Shown here: positions 10,136 through 20,318 of the stretch, in pieces
Position numbering within the stretch: the first letter of the stretch is position 1
How the letters are laid out: each line of letters begins with the position of its first letter
DNA from: an uncultured delta proteobacterium
Lineage (GTDB): Bacteria; Desulfobacterota; Syntrophia; Syntrophales; UBA5619
Direction: 5' to 3'
Assembly: GCA_963817385.1 (NCBI GenBank)
Contig: CAWFOM010000002.1
Location: 32,001-96,000 of the forward strand
Length of the DNA stretch: 64,000 nucleotides
Translations under genes and position numbers: made by a program
The notes under the pieces: model-generated
Seen by the model: only the letters and a program-made list of their open reading frames with translations
Told to the model about the DNA's origin: nothing
The model's database searches: none

Positions 10136-10702
10136 ATGAATATCACCGAACGTATCAAAGGAATTTTGCTTAGCCCCAAAGAGGAATGGCAGGTCATAGC
10201 GGGCGAAACGACATCTATTGCTGAGTTGTATAAAAACTACATTATTTTATTGGCAGCCATCGGACCGGTTGCCTCTTTTATCGGCATGTCTCTTGTGGGA
10301 GTTAGCTTGCCGGTGGGAGGAGCATACAGGGTATCGATAACAACAGGCATTATCTCTGCTGTTGTTCAGTACGGTCTCACCCTTGTCGGCGTATATATCC
10401 TCGCCTTTATTATCGATGCCCTTGCCCCTACGTTTTCAGGGGAGAAAAATCTCGGCCAAGCTTTCAAGCTGGCCACGTATTCTTATATACCGGGTTGGTT
10501 GGTCGGTATTTTCGCGCTCATCCCTGCCCTTCGGATCCTCGGTATCTTGGGATTATACGGTCTCTATCTCCTCTATATCGGGTTGCCCGTTCTCATGAAA
10601 TCACCAAAAGAAAAATCCACAGGGTACACGGTTGCCATAATCATCGCAGCAATCGTTATTTTTGTTGTGATCGGTACCATCTCACGAGTCTTTATTTCTT
10701 AA
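10136..10702 (+). CDS. Yip1-family membrane protein
   Basis: MNITERIKGILLSPKEEWQVI start after GGAGGGG; five hydrophobic segments; LYGLYLLYIGLPVLMKSP. Confidence 0.85.
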   Translation: MNITERIKGILLSPKEEWQVIAGETTSIAELYKNYIILLAAIGPVASFIGMSLVGVSLPVGGAYRVSITTGIISAVVQYGLTLVGVYILAFIIDALAPTFSGEKNLGQAFKLATYSYIPGWLVGIFALIPALRILGILGLYGLYLLYIGLPVLMKSPKEKSTGYTVAIIIAAIVIFVVIGTISRVFIS

Positions 10703-11223
10703 CCTACGCCGAATATGGCGATGTACCATGGGGATTGAAGCTCGTCATCGGGACGGGTGCGGTGGCCGTAGCGCCGATCATTGAGGGGGGACGACTCTAC
10801 GCCGATTTCCGTCAATATCACAAGGGAATGTGAACATCGAGCGAGTCTGAGCCTGATCATCGCGCCCAATGCCAATACCGGCGGCAGCACGGAAATCATT
10901 GCCTATCCAGAGATCGCCCTCACCCTGAACGCATCTACGCAGCGTTACGAAGGGACGTTGACCGGCTCGGCCGTCTCGGGAATCTGCAAAATCGTCGTCT
11001 TTGCCAGGGTCATCAACAGAGAAGCCTCCGATATCCGGCAACGGCAGGCAACCCTGCTCACACTGCTGGATTGGTTTCATGCAAAGTAAAGAGGCGTCCT
11101 CGCGGTACAGGGTAAGACAAGCAGCGGGGTTACAGGGAGCGATTGGATAGGCGGGGCGCTCGTGTGCATATGATTCAGATGCAACAGAACGAGTAATATA
11201 GGAAATCCCCAGGGGGCGAAAGT

Positions 11224-12861
11224 ATGAAGCAAGGGCAATGGAAACTCAGTACCATTGTCATCATGTTCATGATGGCGATATTATTCTCGACGTCGAATCT
11301 TGTCTACGCCCAAACGCCTGAAGAGCAACGCAAGAAGAAGGAGCAACAGCAGCAAGAACAGCAACAACAAAGACTGCAACAAGAACAGTTGAAAAAACAA
11401 CGGGAACAACAGAAGCGTCCGACAGGGCCAACAACCGGCAGACCTACGCCGGCGACTCAGACTCAGACCGGCCAACCACCGGGTCAGAAACAACCGTCTC
11501 AACCGCGCATGCAGACCAGTCAACCCGGAACTCCCGGCGGGCAACAACCGGGGCAGCATGTCCAGCGTCCGACTGACCAGCATGGTGCAGAAGCGACACA
11601 AGGTCAATCCGGTGCTAAGGCGAACCAGCCGGGAACTTCCGGCGGGCAACAATCAGGCCAACATCTTCAGCGTCCGGCTGGAGAACCGGGAGCGGGACCG
11701 ACACGAGGCCAACCTGGTGTTAAGGCGGGCCAGCCCAAACAAGGACCGAATCAGGCAACCGTGAATGTCAGACAGCGCACGACCGTCAACATCACACAGC
11801 CGCCTCAAGAAAGACAGCGGGTGTTAACAGAGCGTCGTAACGATATCAGGCCGGAACACAATGCCAGGGCGGCCGTCCGCTTCCAAAGCGAAAGGGCGCG
11901 GTTTAAGCCTGTAAGCAGGGTGGTTGTCCATCACTCTCCGGAAATCCATCGCAGAGTGTTTGAGAATCACCACTTTCACCCTGAGACTTACCATGCCCGG
12001 CGGGCCGCATTCTATGAAACATATCGATTCCGTACCCCCGTTTGGGCTTTCGGTTTGCAGCCGAGATTCGGATTATGGGATACGCCGGCACTTGCCTTCA
12101 TTGTTGCGCATGCCGCGGACGAGCAGTATGCGTTATGGTATTATAGCCATCGTCTTGATCCTGATGTCGTTGCGTGGCGTCTGGAAATGGACAGGTTGGC
12201 GGCCGCTAATGCCGAATTGGCTTATCAGCTGGAGGTGATGGATGCGAAGGCCCAGGAGCTGCAAGCGCGCGGCGTGGAGATTGACAATTCATATGTGCCT
12301 CCTGAGATGGAAGACATTGCCCTGGCGGTTGAAGTAGCGGTACCACCGCAGGATCAGAATAATCAGGAGCCGTTACAAGTTCAACCGCAACAATATCAGC
12401 AGTACCCGCAGCCCCAGCAGTATCAGCAGCCGATACCGCGCATACCGTCCGTCCCTTACAGAAAGGCAGCCGGTATCGGTTTTATTTTGTCGGCGACAGA
12501 GAGGAAAGGCGATGTCGTCACCCTGACGGTAAGGCTGAGCAATACGGCCGCCGACGGAAGGAGCGTGGCCCTCTACGATGACAGTTACAGTTGGCCTAAG
12601 TCTCACCTGATCGATGCGAGCGGTCACTCATATGAAGTCCGGGAAGTCTATTTCCGGAAGGGTGCTGAGCGGATTTCCATATACGACACAGGAAAAACGG
12701 GCATTCCCATCGACGGAGGAGCGACCGTAACAGCCCACTTGGTCTTCAAGCAAATCTCCGACGGCTCCCGCCGGGCGACCCTCAATCTGCATCCCTTTAT
12801 TTATTATGGAAGGAGTTGGACAGAGCATGATGTGGATTTCCCGGATATTGTCCTGAAGTAA
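11224..12861 (+). CDS. secreted Gln/Pro/Gly-rich protein with helical mid-domain and beta-rich C-terminal domain
   Basis: Signal peptide ending VYA, poly-Q tract, 35-aa duplicated unit, 545-aa ORF. Confidence 0.7.
   Translation: MKQGQWKLSTIVIMFMMAILFSTSNLVYAQTPEEQRKKKEQQQQEQQQQRLQQEQLKKQREQQKRPTGPTTGRPTPATQTQTGQPPGQKQPSQPRMQTSQPGTPGGQQPGQHVQRPTDQHGAEATQGQSGAKANQPGTSGGQQSGQHLQRPAGEPGAGPTRGQPGVKAGQPKQGPNQATVNVRQRTTVNITQPPQERQRVLTERRNDIRPEHNARAAVRFQSERARFKPVSRVVVHHSPEIHRRVFENHHFHPETYHARRAAFYETYRFRTPVWAFGLQPRFGLWDTPALAFIVAHAADEQYALWYYSHRLDPDVVAWRLEMDRLAAANAELAYQLEVMDAKAQELQARGVEIDNSYVPPEMEDIALAVEVAVPPQDQNNQEPLQVQPQQYQQYPQPQQYQQPIPRIPSVPYRKAAGIGFILSATERKGDVVTLTVRLSNTAADGRSVALYDDSYSWPKSHLIDASGHSYEVREVYFRKGAERISIYDTGKTGIPIDGGATVTAHLVFKQISDGSRRATLNLHPFIYYGRSWTEHDVDFPDIVLK
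11521..11730 (+). repeat. two tandem diverged 105-bp (35-aa) coding repeats
   Basis: QPGTPGGQQPGQHVQRP... at 11521 and QPGTSGGQQSGQHLQRP... at 11626. Confidence 0.85.
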
Positions 12862-12909
12862 GAACGTTGTCGTCGGTCGGCCCGAGCCTTCGGAAAAAAG
12901 GAGGAACTC

Positions 12910-13545
12910 ATGAAAAAATTGATTCTATCCGGTCTGTGTATCATGTTAATACTTCCATGCGTAGCTTTTTCTCAAGTGATCCTTCCGCCGTTAAATCAAC
13001 CGACGTCCGTCGTTGTTGTTCCAAGTGGCGGAGCTGATGTCTACTTGGTACCGGGAGTGGAAGGGCTTTACTTTTTCAGAGGGAGTTGGTTTCGTCTGCA
13101 TAACGGGTATTGGTTCAAGTCACCAGCCGTTCATGGCAGGCCCTGGGCTCCAGTGGGCCTTGCTGCCGTACCGAATGCGATCATCGCTATTCCACCAACA
13201 TATATTTCAAGCATGCCTCCAGGCTATCATAGAATTCGTTTCACTGATTTCCAACACAACTGGAAACCTTGGGCGCAATCTCATCATTGGGGTAACCATG
13301 GATGGTATAAAGATCACAGGACACGTTTTTGGGGAGGGCATGCGTTTTATAATCCGAATGATGCCAGGAGGGGATGGCAAGGCAGGTATGGACATGACGG
13401 TAGACACGTTCAGCTTAATCGCGGCAGGGGTGACCGTGGCAAGCCAGAACCGGCGGATTATGGCAGGGTGGACCGTGGCAGGACAGACCGTGGCAGGCCA
13501 GGTCATGGTCAGTCAGGGCAAGATGACAGAAGCAGGAGGCGTTGA
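12910..13545 (+). CDS. secreted hypothetical protein, aromatic/His-rich core and Gly/Arg/Asp-rich tail
   Basis: RBS GGAGGA, signal peptide (VAFS), DRG repeats in the tail. Confidence 0.7.
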   Translation: MKKLILSGLCIMLILPCVAFSQVILPPLNQPTSVVVVPSGGADVYLVPGVEGLYFFRGSWFRLHNGYWFKSPAVHGRPWAPVGLAAVPNAIIAIPPTYISSMPPGYHRIRFTDFQHNWKPWAQSHHWGNHGWYKDHRTRFWGGHAFYNPNDARRGWQGRYGHDGRHVQLNRGRGDRGKPEPADYGRVDRGRTDRGRPGHGQSGQDDRSRRR

Positions 13546-13572
13546 TCGGAGTAATATCCCGGAGGGGGACAT

Positions 13573-14031
13573 ATGGAAAGCAAGAATACAAAATTCCTTC
13601 TTTGTTTAACGATTCTTATCCTGGTATCTGCGTTGGTAGGGTGTGCCAGCACGGAGAAAAAAAGAACGCAAGACAGCATGACTCTGCACGTACTGTTCGA
13701 TTACAACAGGGCAATCATTAAGGAACAATCCTACTCTGAGTTAAAAGAAGGAATAAACTTTATCAAGCGTTACCCTGGGTCCAAGATAGAGATCGCCGGC
13801 CATACGGATAACATCGGCACCCCCCAGTACAACCAGGCCCTCTCGGAAAAAAGGGCCGAGGCCGTACGGGAATACCTGATCAGGGAGGGAGGCGTCGACC
13901 CGGCCAAGATTTCCTCTATCGGTCACCGGGATCTTTATCCTGTTGCCCCGAACCGAAAACCGGACGGCCAGGACAATCCGGATGGCAGAGCCCAGAACCG
14001 GAGGGTCGAGATCAACATACTATCGGATTGA
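13573..14031 (+). CDS. OmpA-family peptidoglycan-binding lipoprotein
   Basis: Lipobox LVGC; LFDYN, GHTDNIG...NQALSEKRAEAV, RAQNRRVEI. Confidence 0.92.
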   Translation: MESKNTKFLLCLTILILVSALVGCASTEKKRTQDSMTLHVLFDYNRAIIKEQSYSELKEGINFIKRYPGSKIEIAGHTDNIGTPQYNQALSEKRAEAVREYLIREGGVDPAKISSIGHRDLYPVAPNRKPDGQDNPDGRAQNRRVEINILSD

Positions 14032-14116
14032 TAAAATTATTCAGCCATCCGGTCGATGAGCATCCGCCTGTCCGAATGGAGGCGGAAGAAATATTTACCG
14101 GTATGGCAAATAATCC

Positions 14117-14145
14117 TTGACTTTCTCCCCTGTCCTCTGTATAAG
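14117..14145 (+). promoter_or_regulatory. sigma70-type promoter for the cold-shock gene
   Basis: TTGACT-N17-TATAAG; implies a ~160-nt 5' UTR. Confidence 0.5.
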
Positions 14146-14224
14146 AACAATTGTGCTCTATCCCCGGCATGGTTGGGTAGGGTACAGTACGAGTTGGATA
14201 TAGACATTTTGAAGTGCAAAGGCG

Positions 14225-14259
14225 GCCGCCATGCTCCGAAAGAGTCTGGCGGTTTTTTT
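14225..14259 (+). terminator. terminator-like hairpin inside the cold-shock gene leader
   Basis: GCCGCCA...TGGCGGT stem followed by a T-run. Confidence 0.6.
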
Positions 14260-14313
14260 CTTTCTGTCATCGTGTTCATCCGACTAAGTGAAATTTATGA
14301 AAGGAGGATGCAA

Positions 14314-14517
14314 ATGATGTCAGAAGGTACAGTGAAGTGGTTCAATGAGCAGAAGGGCTTCGGGTTTATCGAAAAGGATGGCGGCGGAGATCTGTTTGTC
14401 CATTACAGCGCGATTCAGGCCGGCGGTTTCAAGACGTTAGCCGAGGGCCAGCGTGTCAGTTTCGATGTTGCACAGGGTCAAAAAGGTCCGGCAGCCGAAA
14501 ACGTAAAACCCGTGTAG
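14314..14517 (+). CDS. cspA: cold-shock protein (CspA family)
   Basis: [15 protein letters not shown] (RNP1) and LFVHYS (RNP2); RBS AAGGAGG; start at 14314 or 14317. Confidence 0.96.
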   Translation: MMSEGTVKWFNEQKGFGFIEKDGGGDLFVHYSAIQAGGFKTLAEGQRVSFDVAQGQKGPAAENVKPV

Positions 14518-14535
14518 TTTTTTTACACAATGACC

Positions 14536-14584
14536 AAAGAGGCATTCCGGAGCGTGAGAATCTCCCCGGGGTGCCTCTTTTTTT
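14536..14584 (+). terminator. intrinsic terminator after the cold-shock gene
   Basis: AAAGAGGCATTCCGG...CCGGGGTGCCTCTTT followed by a T-run. Confidence 0.75.
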
Positions 14585-14632
14585 CGCTCATAATTTCCCC
14601 GATCGGGGAAGAGAGGCAGATGGTGGCGAACC

Positions 14633-14848
14633 ATGGCAAGAACAAAATTCACCTTCGAGAAGCGACAGAGAGAAATCGCCCGGCAACAGAAGCAAAAAGA
14701 TAAGGCGGCCCGACGCGCGGAAGCGAGGCAACCGAAGGACGGAACGGAACCGGCTCTTCAGGGTGAAAATGGCGGTACGGAAGAGGGAAACGCCGCCCTT
14801 CCCGCTGCCGCAGAGAACTCCGGCCATGGGGAAGAGATTCCCCGATAA
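14633..14848 (+). CDS. small basic hypothetical protein
   Basis: MARTKFTFEKRQREIARQQKQKDKAARR basic helical N-terminus, a type often seen next to csp genes. Confidence 0.6.
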   Translation: MARTKFTFEKRQREIARQQKQKDKAARRAEARQPKDGTEPALQGENGGTEEGNAALPAAAENSGHGEEIPR

Positions 14849-15034
14849 CCCATCCCCGTTTCTCCCTTTTTCCCAACCGTGACGATTTTCCGAGCGCTCG
14901 CGGTCATTCACGGCGTTTGCATGATCTCCGATATCCATTCTCGTTTTTCAGGCTCTTTCCCCCCCCATTTTTCTTGACAAAGAGGGGAAATCTGGTTTTA
15001 ACAATATCTATCCGCCATTGACAAAGGACTAAAA

Positions 15035-15666
15035 AAAGGTACGTGGACTGGGAGCACTGGTCCGTCCGCACGATGGAAAGACTGGGTAACGATCCACTAT
15101 GACCGGGAGGTGACCGCGGAGATGTTGCGGGAAAAAAGCCGGACGCCGTGATCCTCGCCGCGGGCGCCTATCCCGTAACGCGGCGATCCCCGGCATCGAC
15201 GGCCCCCGGGTGGTCGACGCCTGCGATCTCCTCATCGGAAAGGTTCAGCCCGCTTCCCCGCCGTCGTCCTCGGCGCCGGGTATGTGGGCATGGAAACGGC
15301 GGACTTCCTGATCGCAAGCGGCATCGGTGTCACCCTCGTCGACATGCTGCCGTCGTTGCCCGTCGGGAAGCATAAGGCCTACGCTACTGGCGAAACAAGC
15401 GGATCAAGGAGGCGGGCGGAGGAATCATCCTCGGCGCTACGGTCACCCGGATTGAAGAGGACGCAGTGGTCTACCGGCAGTCGAACGAGGGGAAATCATT
15501 ACCCGCCGCCCTGGTGGTCACGGCGATGGGGGCCAAACCGGACAACGCCCTGGAAGGAGCGCTCACGGAACTCTGCATCCAGTACCGGATCGTCGGGTAC
15601 GCCAAAAGCCCGCGGCGTCTCCTGGAAGCTATCCATGAGGGAGATCAGGCCGGGCGGGAGATCTGA
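15035..15666 (+). pseudogene. C-terminal remnant of an NADH:flavin oxidoreductase (2,4-dienoyl-CoA reductase-like)
   Basis: Across frames: IHYDREVTAEML / PDAVILAAGA / IPGIDGPRVVDACDLL / VVLGAGYVGMETADFL / IVGYAKSPRRLLEAIHEG. The N-terminal TIM barrel is missing and there are several frameshifts. Confidence 0.75.
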
Positions 15667-15677
15667 GGAAGGGCATC

Positions 15678-17145
15678 ATGGCGGCATTTGATTATGATCT
15701 CGGCGTGATCGGGGGCGGCGCAGCCGGGCTGACGGCAGCGGCGGGCGGGGCGCAGTTCGGTGCCCGGACCATCCTTATCGAAAAATCCGGGAAACTTGGC
15801 GGGGACTGCCTCCACGTGGGCTGCGTCCCCTCGAAGACCCTGATCAGGGCGGCCGGTGTCTGGGCGCAGACAGGCCGCCTGAAAGAGTTCGGCCTGCCGG
15901 AAGTTTCACGGCCGCCGGTGGATCTGGGCGCGGTCATGGACCGCGTCCAGTGCGTCATCGACCGGATACAGCGGCACGATTCCCCCGAACGGTTCTGCGG
16001 CCTGGGGGCGGAGGTCCGCTTCGGCCGGCCGGTTTTCGTCGACGGCCACACGGTCGCCGTCGACGGTCGCCGTATCTCGGCGAAGGCCTGGATCATCGCC
16101 ACGGGATCGAGCCCCGCGCTCCCGCCGGTCATGGGGCTGGCGGATCTCCCCGTCTGGACTAACGAAACGGTCTTCTCCCAAAGAAGGCTCCCGGAGCGCT
16201 TCCTGGTCCTCGGCGGCGGGCCGATCGGCCTGGAGCTGGCGCAGGCCTTCACCCGCCTGGGCTCCCGGGTCACCGTCGTGGAATTCCTGGATCAGATCCT
16301 CGGCCCGGAGGATGCGGACATCGCGGCGATCCTCCGGGAGCGTCTCGAGGCGGAAGGGATCGTCTTTCTGACCGGGACCCGGGCCGTGCGGGCCGAGAGG
16401 TCAGGGAACTCCGTCACGCTCACCGTCGTCCCGGCGAAGGGCCCCGGGGAGGAAATACTCCTGTCGGGAGACGCCCTCCTCGTCGCGGCGGGACGCAAAC
16501 CCAATATCGACGAGCTCGGCCTAGCGACCGCCGGCGTAGCGTTCACCGCCGGAGGGATCCCCACGGATGCGCGGATGAGGACCAACATCCCCCACATCTA
16601 CGCCTGCGGCGACGTCAACGGCCGGCTCCCCTTCACCCATGTAGCGGGCTACGAGGGGGGAATCGCAGTCGCCAACGCGGTCCTTCACCTGCCGCGAAAG
16701 GCGGACTACGGGAAGATCGGCTGGTGCACTTACACGGACCCGGAGGTGGCAAGCATGCGGCCTCAACGAAAAACGGGCGGCAAAGGAAGGAATCATGTAT
16801 CGCACGTTCGAGTCGCCCTTCGCGGAAAATGACCGGGCCATTGCGGAAGGGGAAACCGACGGGAAAATCAAGCTCCTGGTGAGCAAAGGCGGGAAACTGA
16901 TCGGCTGCCAGATCATCGGTCCGCATGCCGGGGAGCTCATCCATGAATGGGTCATCGCCCTCAACGCCGGCGTCCGACTTTCGACCATGGCGGGGACCGT
17001 GCACATCTATCCGACCTTGGCGGAGATCTCGAAGCGGGTGGCGCAGGAGCCGTTCACGGCGAAGATCTTCAGCGAGACCACCCGGGGAGTGCTCCGTTTC
17101 CTCTTCGACCTGAAGGGGCGGGCATGCACGCCGCCGGGCACCTGA
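15678..17145 (+). CDS. pyridine nucleotide-disulfide oxidoreductase (Lpd/MerA-like), one frameshift near 16757
   Basis: GGGAAG, GGDCLHVGCVPSK, GGGPIGLE; the dimerisation domain (HAGELIHE, HIYPTLAE) continues in ORF 16795-17145. Confidence 0.88.
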
Positions 17146-17184
17146 CGGGCCTCGGGCGGGAACAGGAGGAAAAGGAGAGAAGAC

Positions 17185-17277
17185 ATGGTCAATTTGCATC
17201 TCACCCGTGACGGCAGGCTCCTGTTTGCGACTAGGAGAGCGCGCCTCTTCGCCTACGGCTTCCTCTCCCCCCGTTAA
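17185..17277 (+). pseudogene. N-terminal remnant of an MFS transporter
   Basis: Good RBS, then MVNLHLTRDGRLLFATRRARLFAYGFLS and an early stop; resembles the first helix of an MFS family. Confidence 0.5.
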
Positions 17278-17324
17278 CGGTACCATCAATAATCACGAAT
17301 CAAGGTCCCGACTGTCGTTTCCCA

Positions 17325-17354
17325 TTGACACCGTGGGGTCGCCGCCCCTATATT
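17325..17354 (+). promoter_or_regulatory. sigma70-type promoter
   Basis: TTGACA-N18-TATATT upstream of the amrB-amrA fusion. Confidence 0.55.
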
Positions 17355-17422
17355 GGAGAGAAAGTTCTGAGCCGGAACGATCCGAAAGGAGACATTTCAG
17401 AAGTCTCGAAAGGAGATTCGCC

Positions 17423-18965
17423 ATGAGTTTCACGCAAACCGGTTTGCCGTTCACCGTCTTCAGCCTAGGGCTCGCCGTGGCCTCCCAGGTCGGAAAGGGA
17501 GGGGGGCAGGTCCGTCCCCCTGCCGTAGCAGGAAAGTTCTACCCGGAATCAGCGTCCATCCTCAAGCTCGCCATTGAAAAATTCATGCAGGACGCACTCC
17601 CGGCACAGGCGAAAGAGCCGCTCGCCATCGTCGTCCCCCATGCCGGCTACATCTATTCGGGCCAGATCTGCGCCGACGGCTACAATCAGGTCAAAAACAA
17701 ACCCTATGATGTGGTCGTCATCCTGGGGACCAACCACACAACCGCCGGCCTCCGGAAGATCGCCCTCTACCCGGGCGACGGATTCCGGACCCCCTTGGGA
17801 ACCGCCACCGTGGAAGGGGGGATCGTCTCGGCGCTCCTGGCCGCGAGCCCCGACTGTGTGGCCGACGCAGCACCCCACGTCCGCGAACATTCAGTCGAGG
17901 TCCAGGTCCCCTTCATCCAGCTTCTGTTCCCGAAGGCAACAATCGTCCCGGCGATCGCCGGCGAAGCGGATCCGGCCCTCTTCATCCGCTTCGGCGCCGC
18001 CCTGGCCCAGGTCCTGAAAGGGCGCAGGGCGCTCATCGTCGCAAGCTCCGATCTCTCCCATTACCCGTCGGCGGCGGATGCGGAGACTGGTGGACAAAAA
18101 GACGCTGGCGGCGATCCCCTCCCTCGATCCGGCAGTGCTCCACGCCGCCATCCGGACGCAGTTGGCCCGCCGTATCCGCGGACTCGATACCAGCGCCTGC
18201 GGCGAGGCCCCGATCATGGCGGCGATGGCCGCCGCGAAGGCCATGGGCGCGACCGGCGGAAGGGTGGTGAGTTATGCGAACTCCGGCGATCTCCCCATCG
18301 GTGAGCGGGAACGGGTCGTCGGCTACGGGGCGGTCGTTCTGGGCTCGGGCCTGGCGCCCGAGAAAGAGGCCGCACCGGACCTATCCGCAGCCGGGAAACC
18401 CCTCACGCCCGAAGACAAGCGGGCGCTCCTCGCCCTTGCCCGGGAGACCATCTCTCGCTACCTGACGACGCAGATGGTCCCCCTGCCCCGGGGGATCAGT
18501 CCCGCCGCGATGGAGCAGCGGGGGGTTTTTGTCACCCTGAAGAAGCACGGGAATCTGCGCGGATGTATCGGGAGGATGATCCCGGACCGCCCGCTCGCCA
18601 CCCTCGTCGGCATGATGGCCATCCAGGCGGCCTTCGAGGATCCCCGTTTCCGCCCGGTGACCCTGGAAGAGGTGCCGAAGATCGAGATCGAAATCTCCGT
18701 CCTAACTCCGATGAAGCAGGTTTCCGGTCCCGGGGATATTGAAGTCGGCCGGGACGGCGTCCTCTTCCAGAAGGGAAGGTCCTCGGCGGTCTTCCTCCCC
18801 CAGGTCGCACCCGAACAGGGGTGGGGTCGCGAAGAGATGCTCTGCAATCTCTGCCAGAAAGCGGGACTCCAAGCGAGCGCCTGGCAGGAAGGGGGGGCGT
18901 GTTTCTCCACCTTTCAGGCGGAGGTATTCGGTGAAGCGGACGGCAACAAGCATTCATCAGATTGA
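17423..18965 (+). CDS. amrB-amrA: AmmeMemoRadiSam protein B (MEMO1) - protein A (AMMECR1) fusion, one frameshift near 18088
   Basis: RPPAVAGKFYP, VPHAGYIYSG, EHSVEVQVPF, SSDLSHYP, ACGEAPI, SYANSGD, then GVFVTLKKHGNLRGCIG, DPRF, VFLPQVAPEQGW. Confidence 0.9.
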
Positions 18966-18986
18966 TCGACCCGTCAGGAGGAGACC

Positions 18987-20159
18987 ATGAACGAAGAGCG
19001 GATACCCGTGGCGGACCTCGCAACCCCCGCCGTCATCATCTATCTGGATGTCCTGGAGGCGAACATCGCCGAGATGACAAGGCTCGCCCGCGAGGCGGGA
19101 GTCAGGCTGCGCCCCCACACGAAGATCCACGAATGCCCGGAGATCGCCGGGATGCAGATCGCAGGCGGCGCCTGCGGAATCGAGGTGGGCGCGATCGAGC
19201 GGGCGCTCTGCATGGCCGACGCAGGGATCGGTGATATCCTCATCGCCCACCCATTCGCCGGCGACCACAAGCTCGCCATCCTGCGACGGCTCCTCGGAAA
19301 ACCGGGACTCAAGATCACCGTGATCGTGGACATGGCGGAGCAGGCGGAGGAGATCTCCCGGACGGGGGAAGCCCTTGGCAAAACGATTCCCGTTCTTATG
19401 AAGATCAATACGGGCGGGAACCGGTTCGGCGTCCTCCCTGGCGAGCCGGCGCTCAACCTGGCCAAGCAGCTCTGCCGCCTCTCGGGAATTGCCTTTGAGG
19501 GCATCTATGCTCACGAATCGGGCGGAAAGCCTACTCCGGAGAGCCTGGAGAGCGTGGCGCACCAGACCGCCACGCTGACGGCCGAAACCGCAAGGCTGCT
19601 GGCACAAGCGGGGATCCCCGCCCACCACGTCTCTGTGGGGGCCTCTCCCACGCTCCGGGCCGCGTGCTCCCTCCTGAAGGGGGGGCGGTTCCCCGAGATC
19701 ACGGAGGTCCACCCGGGGCACTGCGCAATCGGCGACATCTGGCACGTCCGGGCGCTCGCCAACCCGCGGGAGGCATGCGCGGCCGCAGTCCTCTGCAGCG
19801 TCATGAGCGCCGTCGATCCGCGGCAGGTGATCATCGATGCGGGCTACAAAACCTTCGGGGCCGACTCGCTTATCCAGTACCGCGATCAGCCGGGATTCTT
19901 CCGGGAAGGAACGCCGAGCTACGGTTCCATCCAGGGCCGCCCGGACCTCTGGATGGGGAAGATCTCCGCGGAGACGGCGGCCGTGCAATACACCGATCCG
20001 GACATGGCACCGGGAAAACGGCTCCGGATCGGCGAGAGGCTGGAGATCATCCCCAACAACGCGACGCTCGCCATCAGCATGCAAGAGCGGATCTACGGGG
20101 TAAGAAACGGCCTGGTCGAACGGATCTTTGCGGTGGCCGGAAGAGGCGGAGCGCCCTAA
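18987..20159 (+). CDS. DSD1 / D-threonine aldolase-like fold-III PLP enzyme
   Basis: TPAVIIYLD, LRPHTKIH (PLP lysine), IIDAGYK, LRIGERLEIIPN. Confidence 0.85.
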   Translation: MNEERIPVADLATPAVIIYLDVLEANIAEMTRLAREAGVRLRPHTKIHECPEIAGMQIAGGACGIEVGAIERALCMADAGIGDILIAHPFAGDHKLAILRRLLGKPGLKITVIVDMAEQAEEISRTGEALGKTIPVLMKINTGGNRFGVLPGEPALNLAKQLCRLSGIAFEGIYAHESGGKPTPESLESVAHQTATLTAETARLLAQAGIPAHHVSVGASPTLRAACSLLKGGRFPEITEVHPGHCAIGDIWHVRALANPREACAAAVLCSVMSAVDPRQVIIDAGYKTFGADSLIQYRDQPGFFREGTPSYGSIQGRPDLWMGKISAETAAVQYTDPDMAPGKRLRIGERLEIIPNNATLAISMQERIYGVRNGLVERIFAVAGRGGAP

Positions 20160-20318
20160 GAACACCGCTGGCCGCCGGCATAACACCCCGTAACGGATAG
20201 GGGGACAAAAGTAATTTCGGTTCATCTGGTTGATGCGTACGTATCTCTCGTCACTTACTTGTCAATCCGCTTATTCTACCGGGAGGGGCCGATTTCTTAG
20301 ATAAGAGGAGGAATTATA

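Noticed and set aside
14056..14313. N-terminal extension of the 153-aa cold-shock ORF
   Set aside because: It spans the promoter and leader; the RBS and family length point to a start at 14314 or 14317.
15678..17145. Mercuric reductase MerA
   Set aside because: No C-terminal Cys-Cys pair, no N-terminal metal-binding domain and no mer genes nearby.
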